64,000 bases of DNA from an uncultured Bacilli bacterium (GTDB taxonomy: Bacteria; Bacillota_I; Bacilli_A; RFN20; CAG-826): contig CALVRV010000003.1 in NCBI GenBank assembly GCA_944358865.1, positions 18,843 to 82,842 of the forward strand, given 5' to 3'. The stretch's first letter is position 1. Each line of letters opens with the position of its first letter. The notes under the pieces were generated by a model. The model saw nothing but the letters and a program-made list of their open reading frames with translations, did not search any database and was not told where the DNA came from. Position numbers and translations under genes: made by a program. Below are positions 12,341-22,372 of this stretch, in pieces.

Positions 12341-13696
12341 ATGGCAAATTTATTAAAAGAAAGTAAAATAATTGAACTTAAAAAAAGTCTTGATGAACTT
12401 CCTTTCGCACTTATTAGTGTTGGAGCGATATTAAATGCATCTAATTCTTGCTTGCTTTATTTTGGTATAGATCATGATGGTAAGGTGTATGGAGTTAAAA
12501 CTAATAAAGATACTTTAGACTCTATTAAAAAAGAAATTGATGAACATATCTTTCCTCGACTTGATTATGAAATATCTTTAGAAAAACTTGAAAGAAAAGA
12601 AGTTATTAAAATAAAAGCTAATGGCAATAAAAGGCCTTACAGTGTTTTTAAAAAATATTATATTCGCGACAATAATAACGATAGATATATGTCAATTAAT
12701 CAATTAAAAGAAATAATTTTAAAAAATAGCAATATTTATAAAAATCCAAATGAATTTTCTTTTGATTATAAATTAAATCAAATTGATGAAAAAAAGCTTA
12801 TTAACTTTATTGAAAAAATTAATATTAAAAATAATTTTGATTTTTCATATAAGGGCATGGAAGATTGTTTATCAAAATTAGGTTTAATTCATAATAGCCT
12901 TTTATCAAGAAGTGCTTTGTTTTTGTTTTCAAATAAAAATGATTTAGCCACTAACTTAAACTTATATAAAAACGATGATAAATCACAATTAATTATTTCT
13001 AGACAAATTAGGGGTGACATTTTTACTTTAATTGATAACGCTTTCGAATTTATTAAAGAAAATATTAAATATCTCGATTCAAATAAATCGATTCCAGAAA
13101 TACCATTTCAAGTATTAAAAGAAATATTATTGAATATGTATATGCATCAAGATTATGATTTATCTTTTGAAAATCAAATTGATATTACTCCTAGTTATAT
13201 TACTTTTTCTAATCCTGGTAATATTATAAAAGGACTTTCACCTTTAGATTTTGCTTTAGGAATTGAAGAAAGTCATTTTAATAATCCTTTAATTGCGCTT
13301 ATGTTATATTTAAATCAAGATATCACTATGTTTGGACAAGGTTTTAAAACGGTTTTTGATATCTCTGATAAAGAAGGAATTAAATATCAATTCATGAATA
13401 AAGATAATAACTTTATTTTTGAATTTAGCAGAAAATCGCATTTAAATAAAATCTTAGTTAAAGAAAAAAATAAAGATAAGCCTATAAAAGAGACAATTGA
13501 GATTAGCCTTTCAGATATTGATAAAAAAGTGTTTGATTTAATAAAAACAAAGGAGGGTTTAAGAAAGGAAGATATAGCTAAAAAAACAAATAAATCTCTT
13601 ATTACGATTCAAAGATCAATTAAAAAACTTATTGATAATCATTATATTAAGCGTGTTGGAAGCAATAAAACAGGGTATTGGGTTGCAATTAAGTAA
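12341..13696 (+). CDS. AlbA_2 (Schlafen-like) / HATPase_c_4 / C-terminal winged-HTH protein (COG2865-type, function unknown)
   Basis: N-terminus ESKIIELKKSL...LYFGIDHDGKVYGVK is the AlbA_2 pattern. The middle LKEILLNMYMHQDYD...ITFSNPGNI is the HATPase_c_4 pattern. The C-terminus LITIQRSIKKLIDNHYIKRVGSNKTGYWV looks like a wHTH. The RBS is GAGGTGA. Confidence 0.7.
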   Translation: MANLLKESKIIELKKSLDELPFALISVGAILNASNSCLLYFGIDHDGKVYGVKTNKDTLDSIKKEIDEHIFPRLDYEISLEKLERKEVIKIKANGNKRPYSVFKKYYIRDNNNDRYMSINQLKEIILKNSNIYKNPNEFSFDYKLNQIDEKKLINFIEKINIKNNFDFSYKGMEDCLSKLGLIHNSLLSRSALFLFSNKNDLATNLNLYKNDDKSQLIISRQIRGDIFTLIDNAFEFIKENIKYLDSNKSIPEIPFQVLKEILLNMYMHQDYDLSFENQIDITPSYITFSNPGNIIKGLSPLDFALGIEESHFNNPLIALMLYLNQDITMFGQGFKTVFDISDKEGIKYQFMNKDNNFIFEFSRKSHLNKILVKEKNKDKPIKETIEISLSDIDKKVFDLIKTKEGLRKEDIAKKTNKSLITIQRSIKKLIDNHYIKRVGSNKTGYWVAIK

Positions 13697-13893
13697 TTTT
13701 GTAAGTTTTTAATTAAAAAAATCAATTTTTGCAAAGAAATAATTACAATTTGCCAAAATTTTAAAATGTAATATTGCTTTAATCTTTATATTATATTTCT
13801 CTTTTATTTGACAATAAATTTTAAATGTTTTAATATTTTTGCATTAATTATCTCTTCATATAATGAAGAAATGATTACAAAGGAGGTAAGTTT

Positions 13894-15459
13894 ATGAAAA
13901 AGAGAAACGTTATCGTGCTTGGTTTATTTGCAGTCACAGCGTTGGCCTTAACTGCATGTCAACCTTCATCAGATAATTATTTCCGCCTTGATGGAGCAAG
14001 TGCTAACTCGGATTTTAACACTTTACGCACATTTTCTGTTTATGATTGTGAAGCCAATCAAATGGGTGAAGCTCGTGTGTTAGTTGTCCCAGTTGAATTT
14101 ACTAATTATAGTGCGGATGATTTACCATTAGGTAGAGAAGGAACTTTAGACGCTTATGAGTCTTTACTTTTTGGTGATCCTAGTGAAGATGATTCTATTA
14201 TGTGGGAATCTCTTGCGTCATTTTATGACAAATCCAGTTATGGAAAAATGAAAATCACTGGTGAAATTGTTAATTGGTGGAATGTTGGTAAGACCACAAA
14301 ACAATTTAATCCTGATGATTCAAACACTAATGTTCAAAATCTTGTTGCAGAGATTAATGAATATTATCGTTTTGGTGAAGGAAGTAAAACCATTGATGTC
14401 AACGAATTTGACGCAAATAATGATGGTTATATTGATTTAACTTTCCTTATTTATTCTTGTCCACAAAGAACCGATGGAAGTGAAGAAGTTTTCTGGGCCT
14501 ATACAACTCAATTTGGTCAAGTAAATCCAGATTTAACTACTGCTTCAATTTCTCGTTATATTTGGGTCTCACATGACTTCATGTTTGAAGGTGGCTTCTA
14601 TGATGATAATGGCAATTTCCATGATTGGACAGCAGCTCAAAAAGCTGATGGCACTGCTACATTAGATGCTCATACATTTATCCATGAAGCTGGTCATGGT
14701 TTTGGTTTAGCCGATTATTATTCTTATGATTATAATGGTGATTCCCCAGTTGGCGGTCCTGATATGATGGATAATAACGTCGGTGATAATAATGCTTATA
14801 GTAAAGCATTAATGGGATGGATTTCACCTTATGTTGTTACTGGTAATTCTACAATCACATTAAATAGTTTTGAATTAACTGGCGACGCTGTTATTGTTCC
14901 TATTCACGCTCTTGCACAAGAAGAAGGGTTTGAAGAAGATTTCTCTATATTAGATGAATATCTTATTGTTCAATTTGATACACCTGATGGACTTGCTGTC
15001 ATGGATGGTGAACATCAATATGCTGGTGGTTATCCATTATTCTATAATGAACCTGGTGTTAGAATTTTCCATGTCGATAGCAGAATTGGAATTTTTGCAA
15101 ATGATGGTACTTTCCAACAATATGCTTCCGAACCATATTTAGGTGATGCTTATCTTGATGCTTATTATATTGACTTTGCTCATGATAATACCTTATCTCG
15201 TACAGTCAATGAATATCGTTTAATTCAACTTATTACACCTGAAAATGGTGGCACTGCTAATTTAAAAACAGTAGGTTCAAATCCAAACGAATTCTTATGG
15301 AAAGAAGGTCAAGTTTTAAATAACTGGGACATGCATAAAAGAGATATTTCTGAAGGTTCATTTGGTGAATACAATCATAAATTAGGCTATCGCATTAGTA
15401 TTGATAGCATTGACGAAGAAGCAAAAACTTGCACAATTTCATTTACAGTTGTTGAATAA
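13894..15459 (+). CDS. M6 (immune inhibitor A-like) zinc metalloprotease lipoprotein
   Basis: Lipobox LALTAC. ARVLVVPVEFTN is an M6-domain start. HEAGHGFGLADYY (HExxH at 14683-14697) resembles the M6 signature HExGHxLGLPDxY. Confidence 0.6.
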   Translation: MKKRNVIVLGLFAVTALALTACQPSSDNYFRLDGASANSDFNTLRTFSVYDCEANQMGEARVLVVPVEFTNYSADDLPLGREGTLDAYESLLFGDPSEDDSIMWESLASFYDKSSYGKMKITGEIVNWWNVGKTTKQFNPDDSNTNVQNLVAEINEYYRFGEGSKTIDVNEFDANNDGYIDLTFLIYSCPQRTDGSEEVFWAYTTQFGQVNPDLTTASISRYIWVSHDFMFEGGFYDDNGNFHDWTAAQKADGTATLDAHTFIHEAGHGFGLADYYSYDYNGDSPVGGPDMMDNNVGDNNAYSKALMGWISPYVVTGNSTITLNSFELTGDAVIVPIHALAQEEGFEEDFSILDEYLIVQFDTPDGLAVMDGEHQYAGGYPLFYNEPGVRIFHVDSRIGIFANDGTFQQYASEPYLGDAYLDAYYIDFAHDNTLSRTVNEYRLIQLITPENGGTANLKTVGSNPNEFLWKEGQVLNNWDMHKRDISEGSFGEYNHKLGYRISIDSIDEEAKTCTISFTVVE

Positions 15460-15509
15460 AATAACTTAAATTTGCAGACTTTTAAATTAGTTTTGTAAGA
15501 AAAAATAAT

Positions 15510-15540
15510 AAATATGGTCACTTGTGTGGCCATATTTTTA
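15510..15540 (+). terminator. rho-independent terminator
   Basis: AAATATGGTCAC pairs with GTGGCCATATTT (one G-T wobble) around loop TTGT, followed by a T-run. Confidence 0.75.
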
Positions 15541-15574
15541 TTTATATTTTAATAAAAATTGTTAATATATATTC

Positions 15575-17152
15575 ATGAATAAAAAAATCTTCTCATTTAT
15601 CTTTTTTCTTGTTTCGATACTTACATTGACTGGGTGTCAAAATTCCATATTAGAATTTATAATGTTTTCAAACTATCAAGAAGTTATTCAAACAAAAATA
15701 AGTAGAGATGAAGATAATTATTATTCTTTTAAAGAATATTCATCTTTATATCTTGAATATAGTGATCCTACTTCTCAATTAAATGAAATAAAAACTTTAT
15801 CTAGTCTTGTTGCGTCAACAAATAATGGAAAAACTTATAAAACAATCGACTCTATTGGCGAAGTTAATATTTTAGTAATTCCTATTTCTTTTTCTAATTC
15901 TAATAAAAATAATTTAGATGAAAAAAAGATTTATATACAAAATGCTTTTTTTGGCGAATCTAGTAAAAATCTTAACGAATCCCTATCATCTTTTTATAAT
16001 AAGAGTAGTTATGGCAATTTAATAATTAAAGGAAAAGTAAGCGATTTTTATCATTTAGATATGAGTGCTGAAAACTTACAAAATTGTTATTCTAGTGCGT
16101 TAAATGCGTCTAGATATGTTTTAAATCAAGCTTTGAATTGGTATAAATCTTCTTATGATGATATCAATATGTTTGATAATGATGAAGATGGGTATATAGA
16201 TTTAATTTATTTAATTTATGACCACCCATATTCTTATGATCGTAATTCTTTATTTTGGGCATACACTGATAGAATAAACGCTAAAGAGAGTATTGTAGGA
16301 GAAACTATAAATACTTGTGAACCTTACGCTAGTACATATATTTGGCTATCTTATGATTTTATAAATTCAAATAATAACACTATCAGCGATTCTCATGTCG
16401 TAAATCATGAATTTGGACATGCATTAGGATTAGATGATTATTATAATGATTCTATATATCAACCTCTTGGTTATTCTGATATTATGGATTGCAATTTAGG
16501 TGATCATAATCCTTATAGTAAAATGACTTTAGATTGGATTACTCCTATAGTAGTAAGAGATAAAGGCAAAATTACAATTAAAACATTTCAAACTTCTGGT
16601 GAATGTATATTGATACCAATAGGAGACTATAATGATACAATCTTTGATGAATTTTTATTATTAGAATACTATTCTCCAACTCATTTAAATTATAAAGATA
16701 CCTTATTACAATACCAATATGTCGCAGGTAATAATATAGAATATATATCATTATTTAATCAGTATGGTCTTAAAGTATATCATGTTGACGCTCGACTTGC
16801 TTATGTTAAAAATAAAAATTTAAATAACAATATTGCTATTGTTGATAGTGATAACGCTCATGATTTAATGGAAAAATATAAAAGCGACTGCGCTAGTGAA
16901 GATATTCCTTTTACTTATTGTTTAGATTATGCTTTTACAAACGAAAATTTAAATCACCCATTTATTTCTTTATTAAGCGCTTCCGATCAAATTGATTTTA
17001 AGTCAGGCGATAAAATTACGAATGATGTTTTATTTCAAAAAGACGATTCATTTAATAAAGATGATTTTATATCTTATAAAGGGGAAAATTTAAATTTCAG
17101 TTTTACAGTAGAGAATTTAAATAGCGTAGAAGCCACGATTAATTTTTATTAG
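15575..17152 (+). CDS. second M6-like zinc metalloprotease lipoprotein (divergent, more AT-rich paralogue)
   Basis: Lipobox LTLTGC. VNILVIPISFSN and HEFGHALGLDDYY (HExxH at 16406-16420). The domain order matches 13894-15459. There is no SD; TAATAT lies 6 nt upstream of the ATG. Confidence 0.6.
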   Translation: MNKKIFSFIFFLVSILTLTGCQNSILEFIMFSNYQEVIQTKISRDEDNYYSFKEYSSLYLEYSDPTSQLNEIKTLSSLVASTNNGKTYKTIDSIGEVNILVIPISFSNSNKNNLDEKKIYIQNAFFGESSKNLNESLSSFYNKSSYGNLIIKGKVSDFYHLDMSAENLQNCYSSALNASRYVLNQALNWYKSSYDDINMFDNDEDGYIDLIYLIYDHPYSYDRNSLFWAYTDRINAKESIVGETINTCEPYASTYIWLSYDFINSNNNTISDSHVVNHEFGHALGLDDYYNDSIYQPLGYSDIMDCNLGDHNPYSKMTLDWITPIVVRDKGKITIKTFQTSGECILIPIGDYNDTIFDEFLLLEYYSPTHLNYKDTLLQYQYVAGNNIEYISLFNQYGLKVYHVDARLAYVKNKNLNNNIAIVDSDNAHDLMEKYKSDCASEDIPFTYCLDYAFTNENLNHPFISLLSASDQIDFKSGDKITNDVLFQKDDSFNKDDFISYKGENLNFSFTVENLNSVEATINFY

Positions 17153-17205
17153 TTTTTTAAAAAATATTATATTAATATAAAATCAAGAGGTACAAAATTA
17201 AAAAA

Positions 17206-17772
17206 ATGAAAAAGATTTTATTATTAATCGCTTTAATAACTCTTAGTGCTTGTGATGTTACAACCTATTCAAGTACCAGCGGATTTACTTCATCGAGTGA
17301 TTCTACTACTTCTAATCAAATTGATTATAAGAATAATTTTATTATTGAAGGCATACATTCATGCATTGATTTACATTATGTTTTTTATGGTCAATATTTT
17401 ACTTATGATAACAATCCATATTTTGTAGGCGGACCAGAATATTACACATTAAACCTAGAAGAAATTGATATAACTGAATATGAATCTTTAAAAGACGATC
17501 AATATATTAGTCGCTTATCTTATGATGATTCATATTTTAAAATGGTATTTCGTTCTCATGAGCCTGGTACAGAAAATTATGGTGAAATGAATCTAGGAAC
17601 TTTTCAATATAAATATTCTACAATAGATGGAAATAATATTAGATTTGATAGTGACCTAGATAATATTTTAGATATAGTTATTAATGGTAGTAGTGTATAT
17701 TATTGTTTAACATATTATTTTGATTTAGAAATGCCTGATTTTTACGCTTATTTAGTTTTTAAAGTTGCTTAG
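17206..17772 (+). CDS. small lipoprotein of unknown function
   Basis: Signal peptide plus lipobox LITLSAC, followed by a Ser/Thr-rich stretch. I recognise no catalytic motif. Confidence 0.6.
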   Translation: MKKILLLIALITLSACDVTTYSSTSGFTSSSDSTTSNQIDYKNNFIIEGIHSCIDLHYVFYGQYFTYDNNPYFVGGPEYYTLNLEEIDITEYESLKDDQYISRLSYDDSYFKMVFRSHEPGTENYGEMNLGTFQYKYSTIDGNNIRFDSDLDNILDIVINGSSVYYCLTYYFDLEMPDFYAYLVFKVA

Positions 17773-17817
17773 TATTTTGTCTTTTATCAATTATTTATAA
17801 AAATAAATAAAAAATTG

Positions 17818-17846
17818 TTGCTTTTTAAAATACCTTTATATATATT
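17818..17846 (+). promoter_or_regulatory. candidate promoter of the str operon
   Basis: TTGCTT (17818-17823), a 17-nt spacer, then TATATT (17841-17846). The AT-rich context makes alternative registers possible. Confidence 0.4.
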
Positions 17847-17950
17847 ATAGAAGCGCCTGAAAATCATAGGCAAATAACCGAAAGGTTGTTTTTTAAAGGA
17901 AATCTTGAAACGCTTGGAAGCGTTGTTAGATGATGATGAAAGGAGAAAAT

Positions 17951-18370
17951 ATGCCGACAATTAATCAATTAGTTCGTCAAGGTAGAACCCAATCAGTCAA
18001 AAAATCCAAATCACCTGCTCTTGGTAAAAGATGGAATACTTTAAAAAGTAAATCCACAAACCAAAATGCATCACAAAAACGTGGTGTTTGCACTCGTGTT
18101 GGAACAATGACTCCTAAAAAACCAAACTCTGCTTTACGTAAATACGCTCGTGTTCGTTTATCTAATGGATATGAAGTCACTGCATATATTGGTGGTGAAG
18201 GGCACAATTTACAAGAGCACTCAACAGTTATGATTCGTGGGGGCCGTGTTAAAGACTTACCTGGTGTTCGTTATCATATCATCCGTGGTACATTAGACTG
18301 CGCTGGTATCGAAGCTCGTCGCCAAGGCCGTAGTCAATATGGCACTAAAAAACCAAAAGGTAACGAATAA
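17951..18370 (+). CDS. rpsL: 30S ribosomal protein S12
   Basis: [12 protein letters not shown]...[25 protein letters not shown] lies upstream of the ATG at 17951. The track start at 17930 is an upstream in-frame ATG. Confidence 0.97.
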   Translation: MPTINQLVRQGRTQSVKKSKSPALGKRWNTLKSKSTNQNASQKRGVCTRVGTMTPKKPNSALRKYARVRLSNGYEVTAYIGGEGHNLQEHSTVMIRGGRVKDLPGVRYHIIRGTLDCAGIEARRQGRSQYGTKKPKGNE

Positions 18371-18446
18371 TTTAATAATTAAAAGAGAAAATAAGAATTA
18401 GGATATAAGATTATCCAACGCAACAAATAGTATAGGAGGAAAAAAT

Positions 18447-18917
18447 ATGCCACGTAAGGGAGGAGTAGTAAGAAGAGATGTCTTACCAGATCCAATTTAT
18501 AATTCTAAATTGGTGACTCGTTTAATTAATAAAATTATGCTCGATGGTAAAAAAGGCACTGCAGAAAAAATTCTATACACTGCCTTTAATAAAGTCGAAG
18601 CAAAAACTGGCAAACCTGCCATGGATGTTTTTGCAACAGCTATGAACAATATCATGCCAGAAGTTGAATTAAAATTACGTCGTATTGGTGCTGGTAACTA
18701 TCAAGTACCAATCGAAGTTAATCCAGATCGTAAAGTTACATTAGGTTTAAGATGGTTAGTTAATTATTCTCGTTTAAGAGGCGAAAAATCTATGGAAGAT
18801 CGTCTTGCTGGCGAAATTATTGATGCCGCTAATGGGACTGGCGCATCTGTTAAGAAAAAAGAAGATACACATCGTATGGCAGAAGCTAATAAAGCTTATG
18901 CACATTATCGTTGGTAA
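18447..18917 (+). CDS. rpsG: 30S ribosomal protein S7
   Basis: [36 protein letters not shown] is the canonical S7 N-terminus. Confidence 0.97.
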   Translation: MPRKGGVVRRDVLPDPIYNSKLVTRLINKIMLDGKKGTAEKILYTAFNKVEAKTGKPAMDVFATAMNNIMPEVELKLRRIGAGNYQVPIEVNPDRKVTLGLRWLVNYSRLRGEKSMEDRLAGEIIDAANGTGASVKKKEDTHRMAEANKAYAHYRW

Positions 18918-18929
18918 TAGGTGGTTGAT

Positions 18930-21008
18930 ATGGCACGTGAATACGATTTAGCACATACAAGAAATATCGGTATCATGGCTCACATTGATGCTGGTAAAAC
19001 CACTTGTACTGAAAGAATTTTGTTCTTTACCCATAAAATCCATAAAATTGGTGAAACCCATGAAGGTAGCGCCACAATGGACTGGATGGTACAAGAGCAA
19101 GAAAGAGGTATTACTATTACCTCAGCAGCAACAACTGCTTTTTGGAAAGGTAATAGAATCAATATCATTGACACTCCAGGGCACGTCGACTTTACTGTTG
19201 AAGTTGAAAGATCGTTACGTGTTTTAGATGGTGCTGTCACTGTTTTAGATGGTAAAAATGGTGTTGAGCCACAAACAGAGACTGTTTGGAGACAAGGATC
19301 AAAATATGGTGTACCAAGAATTGTCTTTGTTAACAAATTAGACGCTATTGGTGCTGATTTTGAAATGAGTGTTAATTCATTACATGATCGTCTTGCCGCT
19401 AATGCTTGTGCTGTTCAATATCCATTAGGCATCGAATCAACATTAAAAGGTTGTATTGACCTTGTTACTATGAAAGCTTATGAATATGGTAGCGATGTTA
19501 ATGAGCCACCACATGAAATTGCTATTCCTAGTGAATATGTTGATAAAGCTAACGAACTTCATCAAAAATTATTAGAAGCAATCGCAGCTTTTGATGATGA
19601 CATTATGATGAAAGTTTTAGAAGGCGAAGAATTAACTGTTGAAGAAATTAAATCAACAATTAGAAAAGCAGTTTTAACTGGCGAATTCTTCCCAGTTTTC
19701 TGTGGATCTGCTTATAAAAATAAAAATATTCAATTATTGTTAGATGGTATTATTGATTATTTACCATCTCCACTTGATATTACACCTGCAAAAGGCGAAG
19801 ATAAAAATGGCAACGAGGTTTCTTGCGTTCCAGATGATAACGCTCCTTTAGCCTCTTTAGCCTTTAAAATTGCAACCGATCCATTTATTGGACGTCTTGC
19901 CTATGTTAGAGTTTATTCTGGTATATTAAAAAGTGGATCATATGTTTATAACTCCACAAAAGGTGTTAAAGAACGTATTGGTCGTGTCGTTTTAATGCAC
20001 GCTAATCATAGAGAAGAAGTTGATGCTTTACATGCTGGTGATATCGGTGCTGTTGTCGGCCTTAAAAATACAACTACTGGTGATACATTATGTGATCCAG
20101 ATAATATTGTTATTTTAGAAAAAATGGAATTCCCTGAACCAGTTATTGAAGAAGCAGTGGAACCAAAAACTAAAGCAGACCAAGAAAAAATGACTGTCGC
20201 TTTATTAAAATTAGCTGAAGAAGACCCAACATTTAAAGTACATACAAATTCTGAAACCGGTCAAACTATTATCGCTGGTGTTGGTGAATTACATCTTGAT
20301 GTATTAGTAGACCGTTTAAGAAGAGAGTTCAATGTCCAAGTTAATGTTGGTGCTCCACAAGTTGGATACCGTGAAACAATTAAAAAGACCGCTGAATGTG
20401 AAGGTAAATACATTAGACAATCTGGTGGTCGTGGTCAATATGGTCACGTTTGGATTAGATTTGAACCTAACCCAGGCAAAGGATTTGAATTTGTTGACGC
20501 GATTGTTGGCGGTACTGTTCCAAAAGAATACATTAAACCTACTAAAGATGGTTTAGAAGATTCTTTAAATAGAGGTCTTATCGCTGGTTATCCAGTAATG
20601 GATATTAAGGCTACATTATTTGATGGTAGCTACCACGATGTTGACTCTAGTGAAGCAGCATTTAAAATCGCTGCCTCTATGGCTTTAAAAGAAGCTGCAA
20701 AAAAATGTTCTCCAGTTCTATTAGAACCCATCATGGCATTAGAAATTACTGTTCCAGAACAATATTATGGTGATGTTGTTGGTGATATCGCAAGAAGAAG
20801 AGGTACAGTAATGGGCGAAAATCAAAGAGGAAACGCTAAGATTATTGATGCCCAAGTTCCTTTAGCGGAAATGTTTGGATATGTTACTGACCTTCGTTCT
20901 ATGACCCAAGGTCGTGGTAACTATACAATGCAATTTGACCACTATGGAGAATGCCCAAGATTTGTTTCTGAAGAAATTATTAAAAAATCAGGAATGAATA
21001 ATAGATAA
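18930..21008 (+). CDS. fusA: elongation factor G
   Basis: [25 protein letters not shown]..., DTPGHVDF and NKLD. The ATG at 18930 follows AGGTGG. The track start at 18921 is an upstream GTG. Confidence 0.98.
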   Translation: MAREYDLAHTRNIGIMAHIDAGKTTCTERILFFTHKIHKIGETHEGSATMDWMVQEQERGITITSAATTAFWKGNRINIIDTPGHVDFTVEVERSLRVLDGAVTVLDGKNGVEPQTETVWRQGSKYGVPRIVFVNKLDAIGADFEMSVNSLHDRLAANACAVQYPLGIESTLKGCIDLVTMKAYEYGSDVNEPPHEIAIPSEYVDKANELHQKLLEAIAAFDDDIMMKVLEGEELTVEEIKSTIRKAVLTGEFFPVFCGSAYKNKNIQLLLDGIIDYLPSPLDITPAKGEDKNGNEVSCVPDDNAPLASLAFKIATDPFIGRLAYVRVYSGILKSGSYVYNSTKGVKERIGRVVLMHANHREEVDALHAGDIGAVVGLKNTTTGDTLCDPDNIVILEKMEFPEPVIEEAVEPKTKADQEKMTVALLKLAEEDPTFKVHTNSETGQTIIAGVGELHLDVLVDRLRREFNVQVNVGAPQVGYRETIKKTAECEGKYIRQSGGRGQYGHVWIRFEPNPGKGFEFVDAIVGGTVPKEYIKPTKDGLEDSLNRGLIAGYPVMDIKATLFDGSYHDVDSSEAAFKIAASMALKEAAKKCSPVLLEPIMALEITVPEQYYGDVVGDIARRRGTVMGENQRGNAKIIDAQVPLAEMFGYVTDLRSMTQGRGNYTMQFDHYGECPRFVSEEIIKKSGMNNR

Positions 21009-21094
21009 ATACCTTAAGGTATTGACTAAAAAATTAAGTTTGCTATACTTATTTCGTTAGTGTTTTGACGAAACTAAATTAAGGAGGAATCAAA

Positions 21095-22279
21095 ATGGCA
21101 AAAGAAAAATTTGATAGATCCAAAGTTCACGTGAATATTGGTACTATCGGACACGTTGATCACGGTAAAACTACATTAACTGCTGCGATCACAAAAGTTC
21201 TCGCCAAACAAGGCGGAGCTAAAGAAATGGCTTATGATCAAATCGATAAGGCTCCTGAAGAGAAGGCTCGTGGTATCACGATTAATACAGCTCACATCGA
21301 ATATCAAACAGCTAAACGTCACTATGCCCACGTTGACTGCCCAGGGCACGCTGACTATGTTAAAAATATGATTACCGGTGCAGCACAAATGGATGGTGCA
21401 ATCTTAGTTGTTGCTGCTACTGATGGCGTCATGCCACAAACAAGAGAACACATCTTACTTGCTCGTCAAGTCGGTGTTCCTTACATTGTTGTATTCTTAA
21501 ACAAAACTGACTTAGTTGATGACCCAGAATTAATCGACTTAGTTGAAATGGATGTCCGTGATTTATTAAATAAATACGGATTCCCAGGTGATGAAGTTCC
21601 TGTCATTAAAGGTTCTGCACGTAAAGCCTTAGATGGTGATCCAGAAGCTGAAAAATCTATCCTTGAATTAATGGATGCTGTTGATAGCTACATTCCTGAT
21701 CCAGTCCATGATTTAGACAAACCTTTCTTACTCGCTATCGAAGACGTCATGACTATTTCTGGTCGTGGTACTGTCGTTACTGGCCGTGTTGAAAGAGGTA
21801 GTGCTAAATTAGGTGATGAAGTTGAAATCGTTGGTATTCGTCCAACTCAAAAATCTGTCATTACCGGTCTTGAATCTTTCCGTAAAATTCTTGACAGTGC
21901 TCAAGCTGGTGATAACGTTGGTGTCTTATTACGTGGTATTAACCGTGATCAAGTCGAACGTGGTCAAGTCTTAGCAAAACCTGGTACTGTTACTCCACAT
22001 ACCAAATTCAAAGCAAACGTCTACGTTTTAACAAAAGAAGAAGGTGGCCGTCACACTGCATTCTTAAGCAATTATCGTCCACAATTCTATTTCAGAACTA
22101 CTGACGTTACTGGTGTCATTACTCTTCCAGCTGATGTGAAGATGGTTATGCCAGGCGATAACGTTGAATTAACTGTTGAATTAATTCACCCAATCGCTAT
22201 TGAAAAAGGTACTAAATTCTCCATCCGTGAAGGTGGTAGAACCGTTGGTGCTGGTACTGTTAACGAAATCTTAAAATAA
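21095..22279 (+). CDS. tuf: elongation factor Tu
   Basis: [41 protein letters not shown] and NKTD. Confidence 0.99.
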   Translation: MAKEKFDRSKVHVNIGTIGHVDHGKTTLTAAITKVLAKQGGAKEMAYDQIDKAPEEKARGITINTAHIEYQTAKRHYAHVDCPGHADYVKNMITGAAQMDGAILVVAATDGVMPQTREHILLARQVGVPYIVVFLNKTDLVDDPELIDLVEMDVRDLLNKYGFPGDEVPVIKGSARKALDGDPEAEKSILELMDAVDSYIPDPVHDLDKPFLLAIEDVMTISGRGTVVTGRVERGSAKLGDEVEIVGIRPTQKSVITGLESFRKILDSAQAGDNVGVLLRGINRDQVERGQVLAKPGTVTPHTKFKANVYVLTKEEGGRHTAFLSNYRPQFYFRTTDVTGVITLPADVKMVMPGDNVELTVELIHPIAIEKGTKFSIREGGRTVGAGTVNEILK

Positions 22280-22307
22280 GAAATTAATTAACAAAATTAA
22301 AAATAAT

Positions 22308-22333
22308 AGAGCCGTTTTGACGGCTCTTTTTTA
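22308..22333 (+). terminator. rho-independent terminator after tuf
   Basis: AGAGCCGT (22308-22315) pairs with ACGGCTCT (22320-22327), followed by TTTTTT. Confidence 0.85.
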
Positions 22334-22337
22334 TTAT

Positions 22338-22366
22338 TTGCAAAAAGATTTTTTTATATATATTAT
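22338..22366 (+). promoter_or_regulatory. promoter abutting the radical-SAM gene; predicts a leaderless mRNA
   Basis: TTGCAA (22338-22343), a 17-nt spacer, TATTAT (22361-22366), then 6 nt and the ATG at 22373. There is no Shine-Dalgarno sequence. Confidence 0.5.
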
Positions 22367-22372
22367 TAAAAT

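Noticed and set aside
11812-17800. Calling the rpoC-rpsL insertion, or the cassette behind tuf, a mobile element or genomic island.
   Set aside because: I found no integrase, transposase, recombinase, flanking direct repeats or tRNA boundary. Only the position and composition are unusual, so I report it as accessory DNA and not as a mobile_element feature.
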